From NCBI RefSeq assembly GCF_963921235.1, contig NC_086097.1:122080001-122144000 (forward strand): a DNA stretch of 64,000 bases, given 5' to 3'. The notes under the pieces were generated by a model, which ran no database searches, was not told the origin of the DNA, and worked only from the letters and a program-made list of their open reading frames with translations. Numbering within the stretch: the stretch's first letter is position 1; the number at the start of each line of letters is the position of its first letter. The translations under genes were made by a program, and so were the position numbers. Positions 11,959 to 25,830 of the stretch are shown one piece after another. Source of the DNA: Mobula hypostoma. Lineage: Eukaryota.

Positions 11959-12584
11959 TATATTTCTTTGTTAGTCAGTAATATAGCGGATGGTCTTGTC
12001 ATTTCTAATTGACTTTCTTAGAAAGTGATAAAGTGACTTACAATAAAATAAAACTGGGGAGGGATATGCCAAGGACTGAGGACTCAATACCACTCATTTT
12101 GCATTACTGCTTAAAAGCAAGATTTAACCCACTATGAGCAGTTTGTATCATGTTTTGTTGCTGGGTTGTCAATTAGGTAATAAAAAGCTCACTTTCCCAG
12201 AAATGAGTGACGGGGACAAAGGTTACCAAACACATCATCTGAAAGCTGCAAGATATTGGGATGGATTGTGCAAAGGGCATCCCGATGCACAGTCACATCC
12301 TCTATGAAAGCGACTACATAGTGATTGATTGCATCCCTGCAAAAGATAGGGAGCTGGGAAGATAAACGTTCTACATAGAGTCCTTCGAATCAAACCAGAT
12401 AAATCTTTGCTTCGAGATCATCTCTTTCCAGGAGAGAAGAACAACACAATATATTGGCTTCATGTTAACATATAAAAATATTCCATAACAGAGAATAGCA
12501 GAACTATAGTGGGTTATTCAGCCTAAATAGTTCATGCTGACTTTTATCTGGAACCTCTATTAATTTATATCCTGATGTATGATT

Positions 12585-13475
12585 GATTGGTTGGTTGTCC
12601 TGTCGTATCCAACGATGACAGATTTGAAACCTGTGTGGGAGTTTTCATTCCCACAGTCTTTTCACTTCCAATGCCATTAGCATTGTTGCCTCTAAAGTTT
12701 ATTGACATCATTTTGCCAATTTCAACTTAATTCCTTTTAGTTTACTTTGAACCTTGTCAGACTTTTGAAACATCTTGTTTCGAAGTCACCAACATCTCCT
12801 ATCACTGCCCATATCATGTAATATTACTCCGTTATTAACCTCAGGGAACCTGCATTTGTCTGGCGTCAATTTTACCTGTCCAATTTTAATATGAGTATCT
12901 CTGATCATGGATTTGAGATTGGTTGTCCTTTGTATCCGACGATAGCAGCTGGATTGGTGCAGTTCTTTTAGCTGATGCAGACTGCACAAAGAATCCTGTG
13001 CGGGAGAGTCTGAAAGTAGAAAAATTGTTACACTGCAGCAGGTCCGCTCTCTTGACCTCAGATGTCTGGGTCCAATGGTATGAGTAGTTGCCACCACTGG
13101 GGTCTTCCGTGGCTGCAGTGGATAACCATTAATTCTTCTGTACCTTGTCATGCCAATGCTCTCCGTGAAGCATTGTAGGAACCAGCTTCCTGGCCATTAG
13201 ATCTCATTGTTGATCTCATTTGTCCATTCCATTGGAGCTGGCTTTGCCTCATAGTACGGGCATATCCCTTTCTCACCGGGGTATGAAGCCGCCAGCTACC
13301 CTAACCCGGTTTAGCCCACCAGCTGAAGAGGTGTACCAGGGTGTGGCCGCTGTCAAATGCAAACAGCTACTTGGGGCTGCAGCTAAGAGCTGAACATCCG
13401 ATGGGGACCAAAGTCCAGTGAGCTGCCCCAGAATGGACACAACATGCCCCTTTAACCAGAGGCTGTACCACTCCA
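12585..13475 (-). mobile_element. Unclassified non-autonomous retroposon, possibly RTE-related
   Basis: Duplicated terminus gattggttgtcc..gtatcc.acgat at about 12586 and 12917; structured non-coding body. Confidence 0.35.
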
Positions 13476-13544
13476 TGGACTGAATTATACAATATTTTCA
13501 ACTCATACAAGCAACCCATTCTAACGGCAGGCATGTTCCTGTGG

Positions 13545-14456
13545 ATGTCCTCAGTGCAGAATTCCCTAAAGGTTAACCTGCAAGTTGAGTCAGTGGTGAG
13601 GAAGGCAAATGCTATGCTACTCATTGGTCCTCTACTCGTTGGAGTTCAGAGAAGGAGGGGGAATCTACTTGAAACCTGTTGAATATTGAAAGGCACAGAT
13701 CGAGTGAATATAGACAGGATTTTTCCTGTAGTGGGGGAGTCTAATACCAGAAGTCACAGCCTCAGAATAGAAGGACTTCCTTTAGAACAGAAATGAGGAA
13801 CAATTTGTTTTAGCCAGACTGCGGGGAATCTGTGGAATTCATTGCCAGAGACGGTTGTGAGTGTGAATTCACTGGGTATATTTAAAGCAGAGGTTGAGAG
13901 GTTCCTGATTAGTTAGGGTGTCAATGGTAATGGGGAAAAGGCAGGAGAATGAGGTTGAGTGGGATAATAAATCAGGTATAATGGAATGGAGGAGAAGACT
14001 CACTGGGACAAATTACCTAATTCTGCTCCTATGTTTTACAGTCTTAATTAAACCTCCATCTCTTGCAACACCTTGGAAACTTATAGTCCAGTGCAGTCTC
14101 ATCCTTCCTGAAGCATGCTGACTAAAACTACACACAGCACTGTGGCTCAGCTGGAGAACGTCAGCATGACATCAGTGTTTCCTATAGTGGGGGAGTCTCG
14201 GACCAGAGGGCACTGCTTCAGAAGGAAGGACGTCTCTTTAGAACAAAGACAACGAGGAATTTCTGCAGCTGGAGGATGGTAATTCTGTGAAATTCATTGC
14301 CACAGATAGCTGTGGAGGCCAAATCACTGGAGCAGTTGATAGCTTCTTGACTAATAAGGAACTCAAATATTATAGGGCGGGCAGGAAACTGGGGTTGAGT
14401 GGGATGAGCCGAATGCCCTGATAGTGCCCCTATATCTTATGTTCTTATGGTCTTAT
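13545..14456 (+). mobile_element. Two CR1 3'-end fragments (about 13545-14045 and 14176-14456)
   Basis: accagagggcac..cagaa..gaaggac; gtggaattcattgcca; cttatggtcttat tails. Confidence 0.75.
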
Positions 14457-14509
14457 AGATGCCAGTTCTGCGCTTTGTACAACTTGACTTCTTTGGGTAT
14501 GGGAGGGTC

Positions 14510-14790
14510 ACTTATTTAACAATATAGTGTAAAGTAGGTCCTTCCAGCTCTTCAAGCCACATCACCCCAGCAAACCCCGACAAACCTGATTAACCCTAAC
14601 CTAATCACAAGACAATTTGCACAGATCAGTTAACCTACTCGGTATGCCTTTGGACTGTGGGCGAAGACCAGAGTACCTGGGGAAAACCGATGCATTCCAT
14701 GGGGAGGACGTACAGATGATGCTGAACTGAACTTCAAAACGCCCTGAGCTGTAAATAGTGTTGTGCTAACTGGAAAACTACATTGTAGCC
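14510..14790 (-). mobile_element. V-SINE/HE1-like SINE
   Basis: Reverse complement of the V-domain (tttggactgtgggcgaagaccagagtacctggggaaaacc) plus tRNA-like head. Confidence 0.7.
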
Positions 14791-15024
14791 CATCATCTCG
14801 TGGAACAACTGCTGATTTGGGTACAGCCTTTTGTGGTGCACATCTAGCAAATCCTGAAACAGCACATAACGGCTGGAAACACTGTTGAAAACACATCCCC
14901 TCAAAAGGCACTTCCAGTCGAGAAACAGCATGGAAAATCACTTTTCTGCCCTTAATCAAGGATGCACTTCCTGTTCATTCAAACTGAAAAACAATGAGCA
15001 AGATGTCTGACTTAGAATCAGTTA

Positions 15025-15213
15025 TTTAGTTCCTCTCCACGCCTTGTGGTGCATCGGGCCGCAAACGTGCCAGTTCTTTAGCCTTTTGCCTGCTTTTCCT
15101 CATGAGGCTGAGATGCTAGCTAAACGCTCAACCCAGCACAGATGGAAAGCGTGCAAGGAGCCGGCCAGGTTCAAATCTGGAAGACCAGTGCTGGTGCCAC
15201 TGCACCACCGGCC
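15025..15213 (-). mobile_element. tRNA-derived SINE, second family
   Basis: Reverse strand GGCCGGTGGTGCAGTGG (A box) and GATTTGAACC (B box-like). Confidence 0.55.
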
Positions 15214-15214
15214 A

Positions 15215-15625
15215 GTGAAATTTGTTTTGTGGCAACAGTACAGTGCAATACATAAAATATGTCATAAATTAGAGTAAGAAGTATATATAAAAAGATAAGT
15301 AAGTAGAGCCAAAAGAGAGCAAATAATAGTGTAGTGTACATGGGTTCATTGTATATTCAGAAATTTGACGGCAGAGGGGAAAACACTGTTTGGAAATCAT
15401 TGAGTTTGTGTCTTCAGGCACCGGTACCTCCCCCCACCCCGCCCGATGGTGGTAATGAGAAGAGGACATGTCCTGGGTGGTGGGGGTCCTTGATGATGGA
15501 TGCTGCCTATCTGAGCTATTGCTTTTTGAGGATGTCCTTGATGCTCGGGGGCTGGTTCCCATGATGGAGCTGGCAGAGTTTGCAGCCCTCTGCGGATTTT
15601 TCTGATCCTGTACAGTCTGACCCAT
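15215..15625 (-). mobile_element. Rex/Babar LINE 3' end
   Basis: Reverse complement of the ggcagcatccatcatcaaggacccccaccacccagg motif. Confidence 0.7.
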
Positions 15626-15904
15626 CAATCCATCTGCTGTGCTCAGCAGAACTCAGTGCAGTGACTGATGAGCAACCAAACAGATTTAAACTTATACAAA
15701 GGGCTATATTCGGTTGAAACTACTGGGAAAATTTGAAATCATTTTCTAGACCGCCAAGTCGACAGGATCTCCAGAGGTGCTGAAACAAATAGCCATAAAA
15801 ATTTTGGGCCAACATATTTCTGATGAAACCTTTTATTTTAAGTCTCTAAAATTTAATTTTCATACATCCAAGATTAATTTTTAAGAGATTCTGGCCCAAC
15901 AATC

Positions 15905-16147
15905 TGCACAGCCCGCCATCCCATCTATTTAACCCTAGTGTCATCACAGGACAATTTACAATGACAAATTAATGTACTAACAGGTACGTCTTTGGAATGT
16001 GGGAGGAAACTGAAGCACCCAGAGGAAACCCATGTACTCACGGAAGTGAAGTGCAAACTTCTTACAGATGCCGTTGGAATTGAACCCCGAACTTGAACGC
16101 CCTGAGCTGTAATAGCATTGTGGTAACCGTTACACAACTGTGGCATC
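15905..16147 (-). mobile_element. V-SINE/HE1-like SINE
   Basis: B box GGTTCAATTCC and V-domain on the minus strand. Confidence 0.75.
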
Positions 16148-16175
16148 CATTCATCTAACCTAGTTAATTATGCTT

Positions 16176-16670
16176 AAACACAAGAGGTTCTGCAGATTCT
16201 GGAAATCCACAGCAACACACACAAAATGCTGGAGGAACTTGGCAGGTCAGGCAGCGTCTATAAAGGGGAAGAAACAGTTGATGTTTCAGGCTGAGATCCT
16301 TCACCAGGGCTAGAAAGGAAGGTGGCAGAAACCAGAATAACAATGTAGGGGGAGGGAAAGAAGTAACAACTGGCAGGTAATAGGTGAAACTAGGTGTGGG
16401 AGGGGGGAATGAAAGGATAAACTGGTAGCTGATAGGTGGAAAAGGTAAAGGACTGAAGAAAAAGGAATCTGATAGGAGAGGAGGGTGGATCATGGGAAAA
16501 GGGGAAGGAGGAGTGACATCAGAGGGAAGCAATGGGAAGGCGTGGAGAAGAAAAGGGTTAGGAAGGAAGCCAGAATGAGGAATGGAAGAAGAGAGGTGAG
16601 AGAGGGGGAGAAACTACTGGAAGTTAGAGAGATTGATGTTCATGTCAACAGGTTGGAAGGTTATGCTTAA
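16176..16670 (-). mobile_element. Penelope-like element 3' end
   Basis: LPTC*HEH/LQP.DMNINFSNF-type C-terminus, pyrimidine-rich UTR, degenerate hammerhead at about 16275-16311. Confidence 0.75.
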
Positions 16671-16724
16671 TCCTTTACTTAATTGTAAGAGAGAAAAGAA
16701 TGGAATCATGGGAACTAAGTTATA

Positions 16725-19700
16725 CCATAGGTGCAATGGGAGGTGAGGACCTCAATACAATATCTATCACAAAAGAGATAGTGCTTAGCAAACTTGTGAG
16801 CCGAAAGATAGACAAGTCCCCTGGTCCTGAAAGAATGCATCCCAGGGTACTAAAAAGAAATGGCAGAGGTTATAGTAGACGCTTCGGTGATAATTTGCCA
16901 AAATTCTCTGGACTCTGGGCAGGTCCTGTTGGATTGGAAGACGGCGAATGTCACACCATTGTTCAAAAAAGGATGTAGATAAAAGGCAGGTAACTATAGG
17001 CCAGTTAGTTTAACATCTGTAGTTGGAAAACTGCTTGAAGCTATCATTAAAGAAAAAATAGCGATGCATCTGGAAAGAAATGAATCCATCAGGTAGACAC
17101 AGCACGGATTCAGAAAAGGCAGGTCCTGTTTGACAAACTTATTGGGGTTCTTTGAGGATTTTGGAAAGGTGCAAAAATAACAGGGTTGTTATCATGGGTG
17201 ACTTTAACTTCCCTAATATTGATTGGCACCTGATTAGTTCCAATGGTTTAGATGGGGCAGAGTTTGTTAAGTGTGTTCAGGACCGATTCCTGTCACAGTA
17301 TGTTGACAGGCCAACTAGGTAGAATGCCATACTAGATTGTAGTATTAGGTAACGAACTAGGTCAGGTCACAGATCTCTCAGTGGGTGAGTATCTGGGGGA
17401 CAGTGACCATCGCTCCCTGGCCTTTAGCATTATCATGGAAGAGGATTATCATCAGAGGATACAGGAAAATTTTTAATTGGGGAAGGGCAAATTATGAGGC
17501 TATAAGGCTAGAACTTGTGGGTGTGAATTGGGATGATGTTTTTGCAAAGAAATGTACTATGGACATGTGGTCAATGTTTCGAGATCCCTTGAAGGATGTT
17601 AGGGATAAATTTGTCCCAGTGAGGAAGATAAAGAATGGTAAGGTGAAGGAACCATGGGTGACAAGTGAGGTGGAAAATCTAGTCAGGTGGAAGAAGGCAG
17701 CATACATGAGGTTTAGGAAGCAAGGATCAGATAGGTCTATTGAGGAATATAGGGTAGCAAGAAAGGAACTTAAGAAGGGGCTGAGGAGAGCAAGAAGGTG
17801 GCATGAGAAGGCCTTGGCCAGTAGGGTAAAGGAAAACCCCAAGGCATTCTTCAATTATGTGAGAACAAAATGATGACAGGAGTGAAGTTCGGACCGATTA
17901 GAAATAAAGGTGGGAAGATGTGCCTGGAGGCTGTGAAAGTTACCGAGGTCCTCAATGAATACTTCTCTTCAGTATTCACCAATGAGAGGGAATTTGATGA
18001 CAGTGAGGACGATATCAGTGAGGTTGATGTTCTGGAGCATGTTGATATTAAGGGAGAGGAGGTGTTGGAGTTGTTAAAATATTTTAGGACGGATAAGTCC
18101 CTGAGGCCTGACGGAATATTCCCCAGGCTGCTCCACAAGGCATGGGAAGAGATTGCTGAGCCTCTGGCTAGGATCTTTATGTCTTTGTTGTCCATGGGAA
18201 TGGTACCGGAGGATTTGAGGGAGGCGAATATTGTCCCCTTGTTCAAAAAAAGTAGTTGGGATAGTCCAGGTAATTATAGACCAGTGAGCCTTACATCTGT
18301 GGTGGGAATGCTGTTGGAAAAGATTCTTAGGGATAGGATCTATGGGCATTCAGAGAATCATGGTCTGATCAGGTACAGTCAGCATGGCTTTGTGAAGGGC
18401 AGATTGTGTCTAACAAGCCTGATAGAGTTCTTTGAGGAGGTGACCAGGCATATAGATGTGGGTAGTGCAGAGGATGTGATCTACATGGATTTTAGTAAGG
18501 CATTTGACAAGGTTCCACATGGTAGGCTTATTCAGAAAGTCGGAAGGAATGGGATCTGGGGAAGTTTGGCCCGGTGGATTCAGAATTGGCTTGCCTGCAG
18601 AAAGCAGAGGGTTGTGGTGGAGTGAGTACATTTGGATTGGAAGGTTGTGACTAGTGGTGTCCCACAAGGATCGGTTCTGGGACCTCTACTTTTTGTGATT
18701 TTTATTAATGACCTGGATGTGGGGTAGAAGACCTGGATGTTTGCAGATGACACAAAGAGGTTGGTGGTGTTGTTCATAGTGTAGAGGATTGTTGAAGATT
18801 GCAGAGAGACATTGATAGGATGCAGAAGTAGGCTGAGAAGTGGCAGTTGGAGTTTAACCCAGAGAAGTGTGAGGTGGTACACTTTGGAAGGACAAACTCC
18901 AAGGCAGAGTACAAAGTAAATGGCAGGATACTTGGTAGTGTGGCGGAGCAGAGGGATCTAGGGGTACATGTCCACAGATCCCTGAAAGTTACCTTACAGG
19001 TTGATAGGGTAGTTAAGAAAGCTTATGGGGTGTTAGCTTTCATAAGTCGAGGGATAGAGTTCAAGAGTCATGAGGTAATGAGGCAGCTCTATAAAACTCT
19101 GGTTAGGCCACACTTGGAGTACTGTGTCCAGTTCCAGTCGGAAGGATGTGGAAGCATTGGGAAGGGTACAGAGGAGATTTACCAGAATGCTGCCTGGATT
19201 AGAAAGTATGCACTATGATCAGAGATTAAGGGAGCTAGGGTTTTACTCTTTGGAGAGAAAGAGGATGAGAGGAGACATGATAGAGGTATACAAGATATTA
19301 AGAGGAATTGATAGAGTGGACAGCCAGCACCTCCTCCCCAGGGCACCACTGCTCAATACAAGAGGACGTGGCTTTAAGGTAAGGGCTGGGAAGTTCAAGG
19401 GGAATAGTAGAGGAAATTTTTTTACTCAGAGAATGGTTGGTGCGAGGAATGCACTGCCTGAGTCAATGGTGAAGTCAGATACACTAGTGAAATTTAAGAG
19501 GCTACTAGACAGGTAATATGGAGGAATTTAGGGTGGGGGGTTATATGGGAGGCAGGGTTTAAGGGGCAGCACAACATTGTGGGCCAAAGGGCCTGTACTG
19601 TGCTGTATTATTCTATGTTCTATGTTCCATATTACGAGCGCAGTGGATAGAGCAGAACATATGGACATAATTTACTTGGATTTCCAGAAGACGTTCGATA

Positions 19701-20838
19701 AGGTGCCGCATAGAAGACTTATCCATCAGATAAGGATGTATAGAATTGGGGGTCCTGTATTAGCATGGATAGAGGATTGGCTAACTAATAGAAAGCAGAG
19801 AGCTGGGATACATGAGTGTTACTCTGGTTGGCAATCAGTGGTGAACGGTGTGCCACAGAGGTCGGTGCTGGGCCCGTATCTGTTCACCATATACATTAAC
19901 AATCTGGAAGAGGGGACCGAGAGCAGTGTATCTAAGTTTGCTGATGACACTAAATTGAGTGGAAAAGCAAATTGTGTAGAAGATATGGAGCATCTGCAGA
20001 GAGATATAGATAGGTTAAGTGAGTGGGCAAGGGTCTGGCAGATGGTAAATGTGAGGTCATCCACTTTGGAACAGAAATGGAAGAGCAGCTTATTATTTAA
20101 ATGGTAAAAAATTACAGCATGCTGCTGTGCAGAGGGACTTGGGACTGCTTGTGCATGAATCACAAAAGGTTGGTTGCAGGTTCAGCAGGCTATCAAGAAG
20201 GCAAATGGGATGTTGGCCTTCATTGCTAGAGGGATTGCATTTAAGAGCAGAGAGGTTATCCTGCAATTGTACAGGATACTGGTAAGGCCACACCAAGAGT
20301 ACTACGTGCAGTTCTGGTCTCTTTACTTGAGGAAGGATATACTGGCTTTGGAGGCGGTACAGAGGAGGTTCACCAGGCTGATTCCAGTGATGAAGGGGTT
20401 GGGCTATGAGGAGAGACTGAGTCACCTGAGACTGCACTCGCTGGAATTCAGAAGAATGAGAGGAGATCTTGTAGAAACAAATAAATTTATGAAAGGGATA
20501 GATTAGATAGAGGCAGGAAAGTTGTTTCCACAGATAGGTGAGACGACAACCAGGGGACATAGCTTCAAGATTCAGGGGAGTAAATTTAGGATGGAGATGA
20601 GGAGGAACTGTTTTTCCCAGAGGGGCTGTGGAATTCTCTGCCCAATGAAGCAATGGAGGCTTCCTCAGTAAATATATTTAATACACGGTTGGATAGATTT
20701 TTGCATAGTAGGAGAGTTAAGGGTTATGGGGAAAAGGCAGGTAGGTGGAGATGAGTCCATAGCATGATCATCCATGAATGGCGGAGTAGGCTCGACGGGC
20801 CAGATGACCCACTCCAGCTCCTATCTCTTATGTTCTTA
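16725..20838 (+). mobile_element. CR1 LINE (16725-17158 and 19629-20838) interrupted by a second CR1
   Basis: RT reads FFED|ITSAVDR across the insertion; YLDFQKTFDKVPH and FADD motifs. Confidence 0.85.
17160..19628 (+). mobile_element. CR1 LINE, 5'-truncated EN-RT, frameshifted
   Basis: MGDFNFP, NYRPVSLTSVVG, YMDFSKAFDKVPH; (TTCTATG)n tail. Confidence 0.9.
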
Positions 20839-20933
20839 TTAGAGTGGATTGTAACCCATCGGGACAATTTTTGTGAAAGTTCAAGAGAATCCTGGTGGAC
20901 AAATCAAATCTCAGACACTTAGGAAACTACATG

Positions 20934-22567
<1,634 letters not shown>

Positions 22568-22744
22568 TATATTGATGTGTTTTTTTCGAGCGCTGCATCA
22601 TTATAGAAGGACCAGGTGAGGATACTATTGACATGGATGTCATTAGGTACTCAGGATTTATTTATTTTCTGCTTCATTAACTCGGTATTCTAATAATATT
22701 TTACTTAAGATATCTTCTTATGGGTGCTATGGTATAGACACATA

Positions 22745-23312
22745 AAAGTTGGTGCAGCTGAATTTGGAGCATTGTGTTCAATTCTGGTTACCCACCTACT
22801 GGAAATCTTATATCAATAAGATTGAAAGAGTACTGAGAAAATTTACAAGGATGTTGCTGGGACTTGAGGACCTGAGTTATATAGAAAGGTTGAGTAGATA
22901 AAGAGTTTTTTTCCTGAAGCATAGGAGAAAAAAGGGAGATTTCACAGAGCTCTAGAAAACTATGAGGGGTAAAGACAGGGTAAATGCAAGCAGGCTTTTT
23001 CTATTGAGTTTGGGTGAGACTGGACTAGAGGTCATAGGTTAAGGGTGAAAGTTGACATTTTAAGAGGAGCCGGGGGGGGGGGGGAGGAGGGTTTCTTTAC
23101 TCAGAGGGTAGTGTGAATGCGTACTGAGCTGCCAGTGGAAGTGGTGGATGCAAGTTTGATTGCACCATTGAGAAGTTTTCATAAGTATATGAATGGGAGG
23201 GGTATGAAGGGCTATGTTCCACGTGTTGGTTGATGGAACTCGGCAGAATGATAGTTCAGCACAGGCTAAAAGGGCCTGTTTCTGTGCTGTGGTGGTCTGT
23301 GACTATGATTCT
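22745..23312 (+). mobile_element. CR1 3' fragment
   Basis: ttggagcattgtgttcaattctgg (LEYCVQFW-like) through gggcctgtttctgtgctgt. Confidence 0.75.
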
Positions 23313-23439
23313 GTCTTCACTTACTCTATGCACAGAGCCCTTTGCAATTTCTAGAAGGTCATCTGCACTTCTGACACTACAGGCACAAATGCCTTCTTAA
23401 CTGCTCAGCCATAATCTCTTGCCTCCATGGCATTTCTCC

Positions 23440-24290
23440 TACCTCAGTCTGTAAAGGAACTCCATTAAATTTAGTTAATCTTTCCTTTTCTCATTTCCTT
23501 GAAATCTCTTATATTCTGTTTTAATATTTCTTTTCAACCTGGCTTTGTATTTTATTTCCCCTTATCAATGCCTCTACTCTCCTTTGCAGAGTTTGAAATT
23601 GTTATTCAATCCCTGGTTTGCTGGGTTTCTTTTTTGGCAAATTATAAGCCTTTTCCTTTGATCTAATACTAACTTTAACTTCCCTTGACAACCACAGCTG
23701 GAGCACTTTTCGAAGTAGAATTCATGCCTTTTCATGATAGCTATTTCATGTTAACTAGTTCTCAAACTTTTTAAAAGTTCATCTTTGCTTGTTTATTGTC
23801 ACCCCATTTTTAATGCAATCTTCCAATCTACCTGAGCCAGTTTGTGCCCTCATGCCTTCGCAGTTTTAAGACATCAATTTTAGATGGAATCTAATCACTT
23901 GCAATCTTTATATAAGTCAGTCAAATAACCTATTTCCAAAAAGCCCCTTTCCTATTAAGTCATTAGTTAACTCATTCTCATTACACAATGCTAGATATAA
24001 AATAGCCTGTTCCTTGCTGGTTCTCAACAATTTATATGCTAAACTATTACTACTAATTTGATTTGTTAAATGTATGTGTAAAGTTCCCCATGATTATTTT
24101 ATTACGAGTATTACATACACCACTAATATTCTGATTTAAAATATGCATTTCATTACAATTGCTGTTTAGAGGTCGATACAAAACTCCCAATCAATATTTT
24201 TTGCTGCTTTGATGTTTCTTGGCTTCAGCCAAACTAACTCTATTCCTTAATTTTCTGATAAAAACCTTTTCTCTCTGATGCCTTTCTCCT
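23440..24290 (-). mobile_element. Old CR1 endonuclease-region fragment
   Basis: Degenerate similarity to 62850-63800. Confidence 0.5.
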
Positions 24291-24298
24291 TAACATTA

Positions 24299-24730
24299 CA
24301 CTCAGTGGCCACAGTACTGTATTAGGTACACTGTACACCTGCTCATTAATGCAAATATCTAATCAGCCAGTCATGTGGCAACAACACAATGCATAAAAGC
24401 ACACAGACTTGGTCAAGAGGTTCAGCTGTTGCTCAGACCAAACACCAGAATGGGGAAGAAATGTGATCTAAACGAGCAGCAGTTCTGTGGGCAAAAATGC
24501 TTTGTTAATGAAAGAGGCTGGAGAATGTGCAGACTGATTCAAGCTGACAGGAAGGTAACAGTAATTCAAATTATCATGCATTACAACAGTAATGTACAGA
24601 AGAGCATCTCTGAATGCACAACAGTTCAGACATTGAAGTGGATAAGCTAAAGCAGTAGAAAGCCATCAACATACAGTCAATGGTCACTTTTTTTAGGTAG
24701 AGGAGGGACCTAATTAAATGTCACTGAGTG
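24299..24730. mobile_element. Tc1/mariner-like MITE, opposite orientation to 11332
   Basis: CACTCAGTGGCCAC.../...GTCACTGAGTG. Confidence 0.75.
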
Positions 24731-24979
24731 TGTAATAAGCTTTTTGTCTTTTACTTATTTCTTCTAAAAGTTAAGTATCTTGGAATATTTAATTGCTAAT
24801 GTAGATCCCTTAGCAATCACCTCTTGATAATAGGTATTAGATCACGCCCACTGATTTGCATTTTTGCCAAGAATTAATCTACCTTATAACGCCAAGTACA
24901 TTCAGATAAATAGCCATGAAATGTTGGCTATGTTCCATTCTTGCCTGATGTGTCACTAACTGAAGGCATACTCTTATGT

Positions 24980-25520
24980 CAAAGTCAAAGTAAAATTATT
25001 ATCTAAGTATGTATCTGTCACTTTATATTATCTTGAGATTAATTTTCTTGCAAGCATTGATGAAAGAAATATAAATATAATTTATTTTTAAAAACTACAC
25101 AGAAACAAAGACTGACAGACAGCCAATGTGCAAAATAAGGGAAATTGTGTAAATAAAAATAAAAATAAGACTGTGAAAAAAAACAAGGTGCAAAAGAAGA
25201 CAAAATGTATAGATTCCCTGTAAGTGAGTCTGCAGGTTGTGAAATCAGCTCATTGTTGAGGCGAGTGAAGTTTTCCACACTGGTTCAGGAACCTGAAGGT
25301 TCAAGGGTAATAACGGTGCCTGAACTTGGTGGTGTGGGACCCAAAAGGCTCCTGTATCTCCTGCTCCATGGTAATAGTGAGAAGAGAGCATGGCCTGGAT
25401 GGTGGGGATCCTTGATGCTGGATGCTGCTTTTTTGTGGCAGTGCTCCATGGAAATGTGCTTGGTGGTGAAGACGGTTTTGTCTGTGATAGACTTGACAGT
25501 ACCCACTACTTTCTGTATGC
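24980..25520 (-). mobile_element. Rex/Babar LINE 3' end
   Basis: KKAASSIKDPHHPGHALFSLLP. Confidence 0.75.
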
Positions 25521-25830
25521 ACTCTAGTACCTGTTTATCTTTACCCATCTTTGCCAACCTGCACTATTGCTCTGTCCTTTCTTTTTAACTTTCTAAACTT
25601 TCTAAACAACTATCATAGGAAACAAATTGCATGTTTCCTTTCGTTGGAAAGCTATAGTCACTATTCCATGTTGCATCAAAGTCACTTCTTGCATATAGTA
25701 TGCTTCAGGTGGTCCCTAAGACTCAGCTTACCACTTATCATTGGGATCTCATTGAATAAGCACATTGGTATTGTCCTGAGATTCAACAAACTAGGTTCAA
25801 CAAAGCAAAGCCAGGGTAAAACAAAAGGAC

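Noticed and set aside
23072..23091. Long G run, potential G-quadruplex
   Set aside because: Homopolymer expansion inside a decayed CR1; no sign of function.
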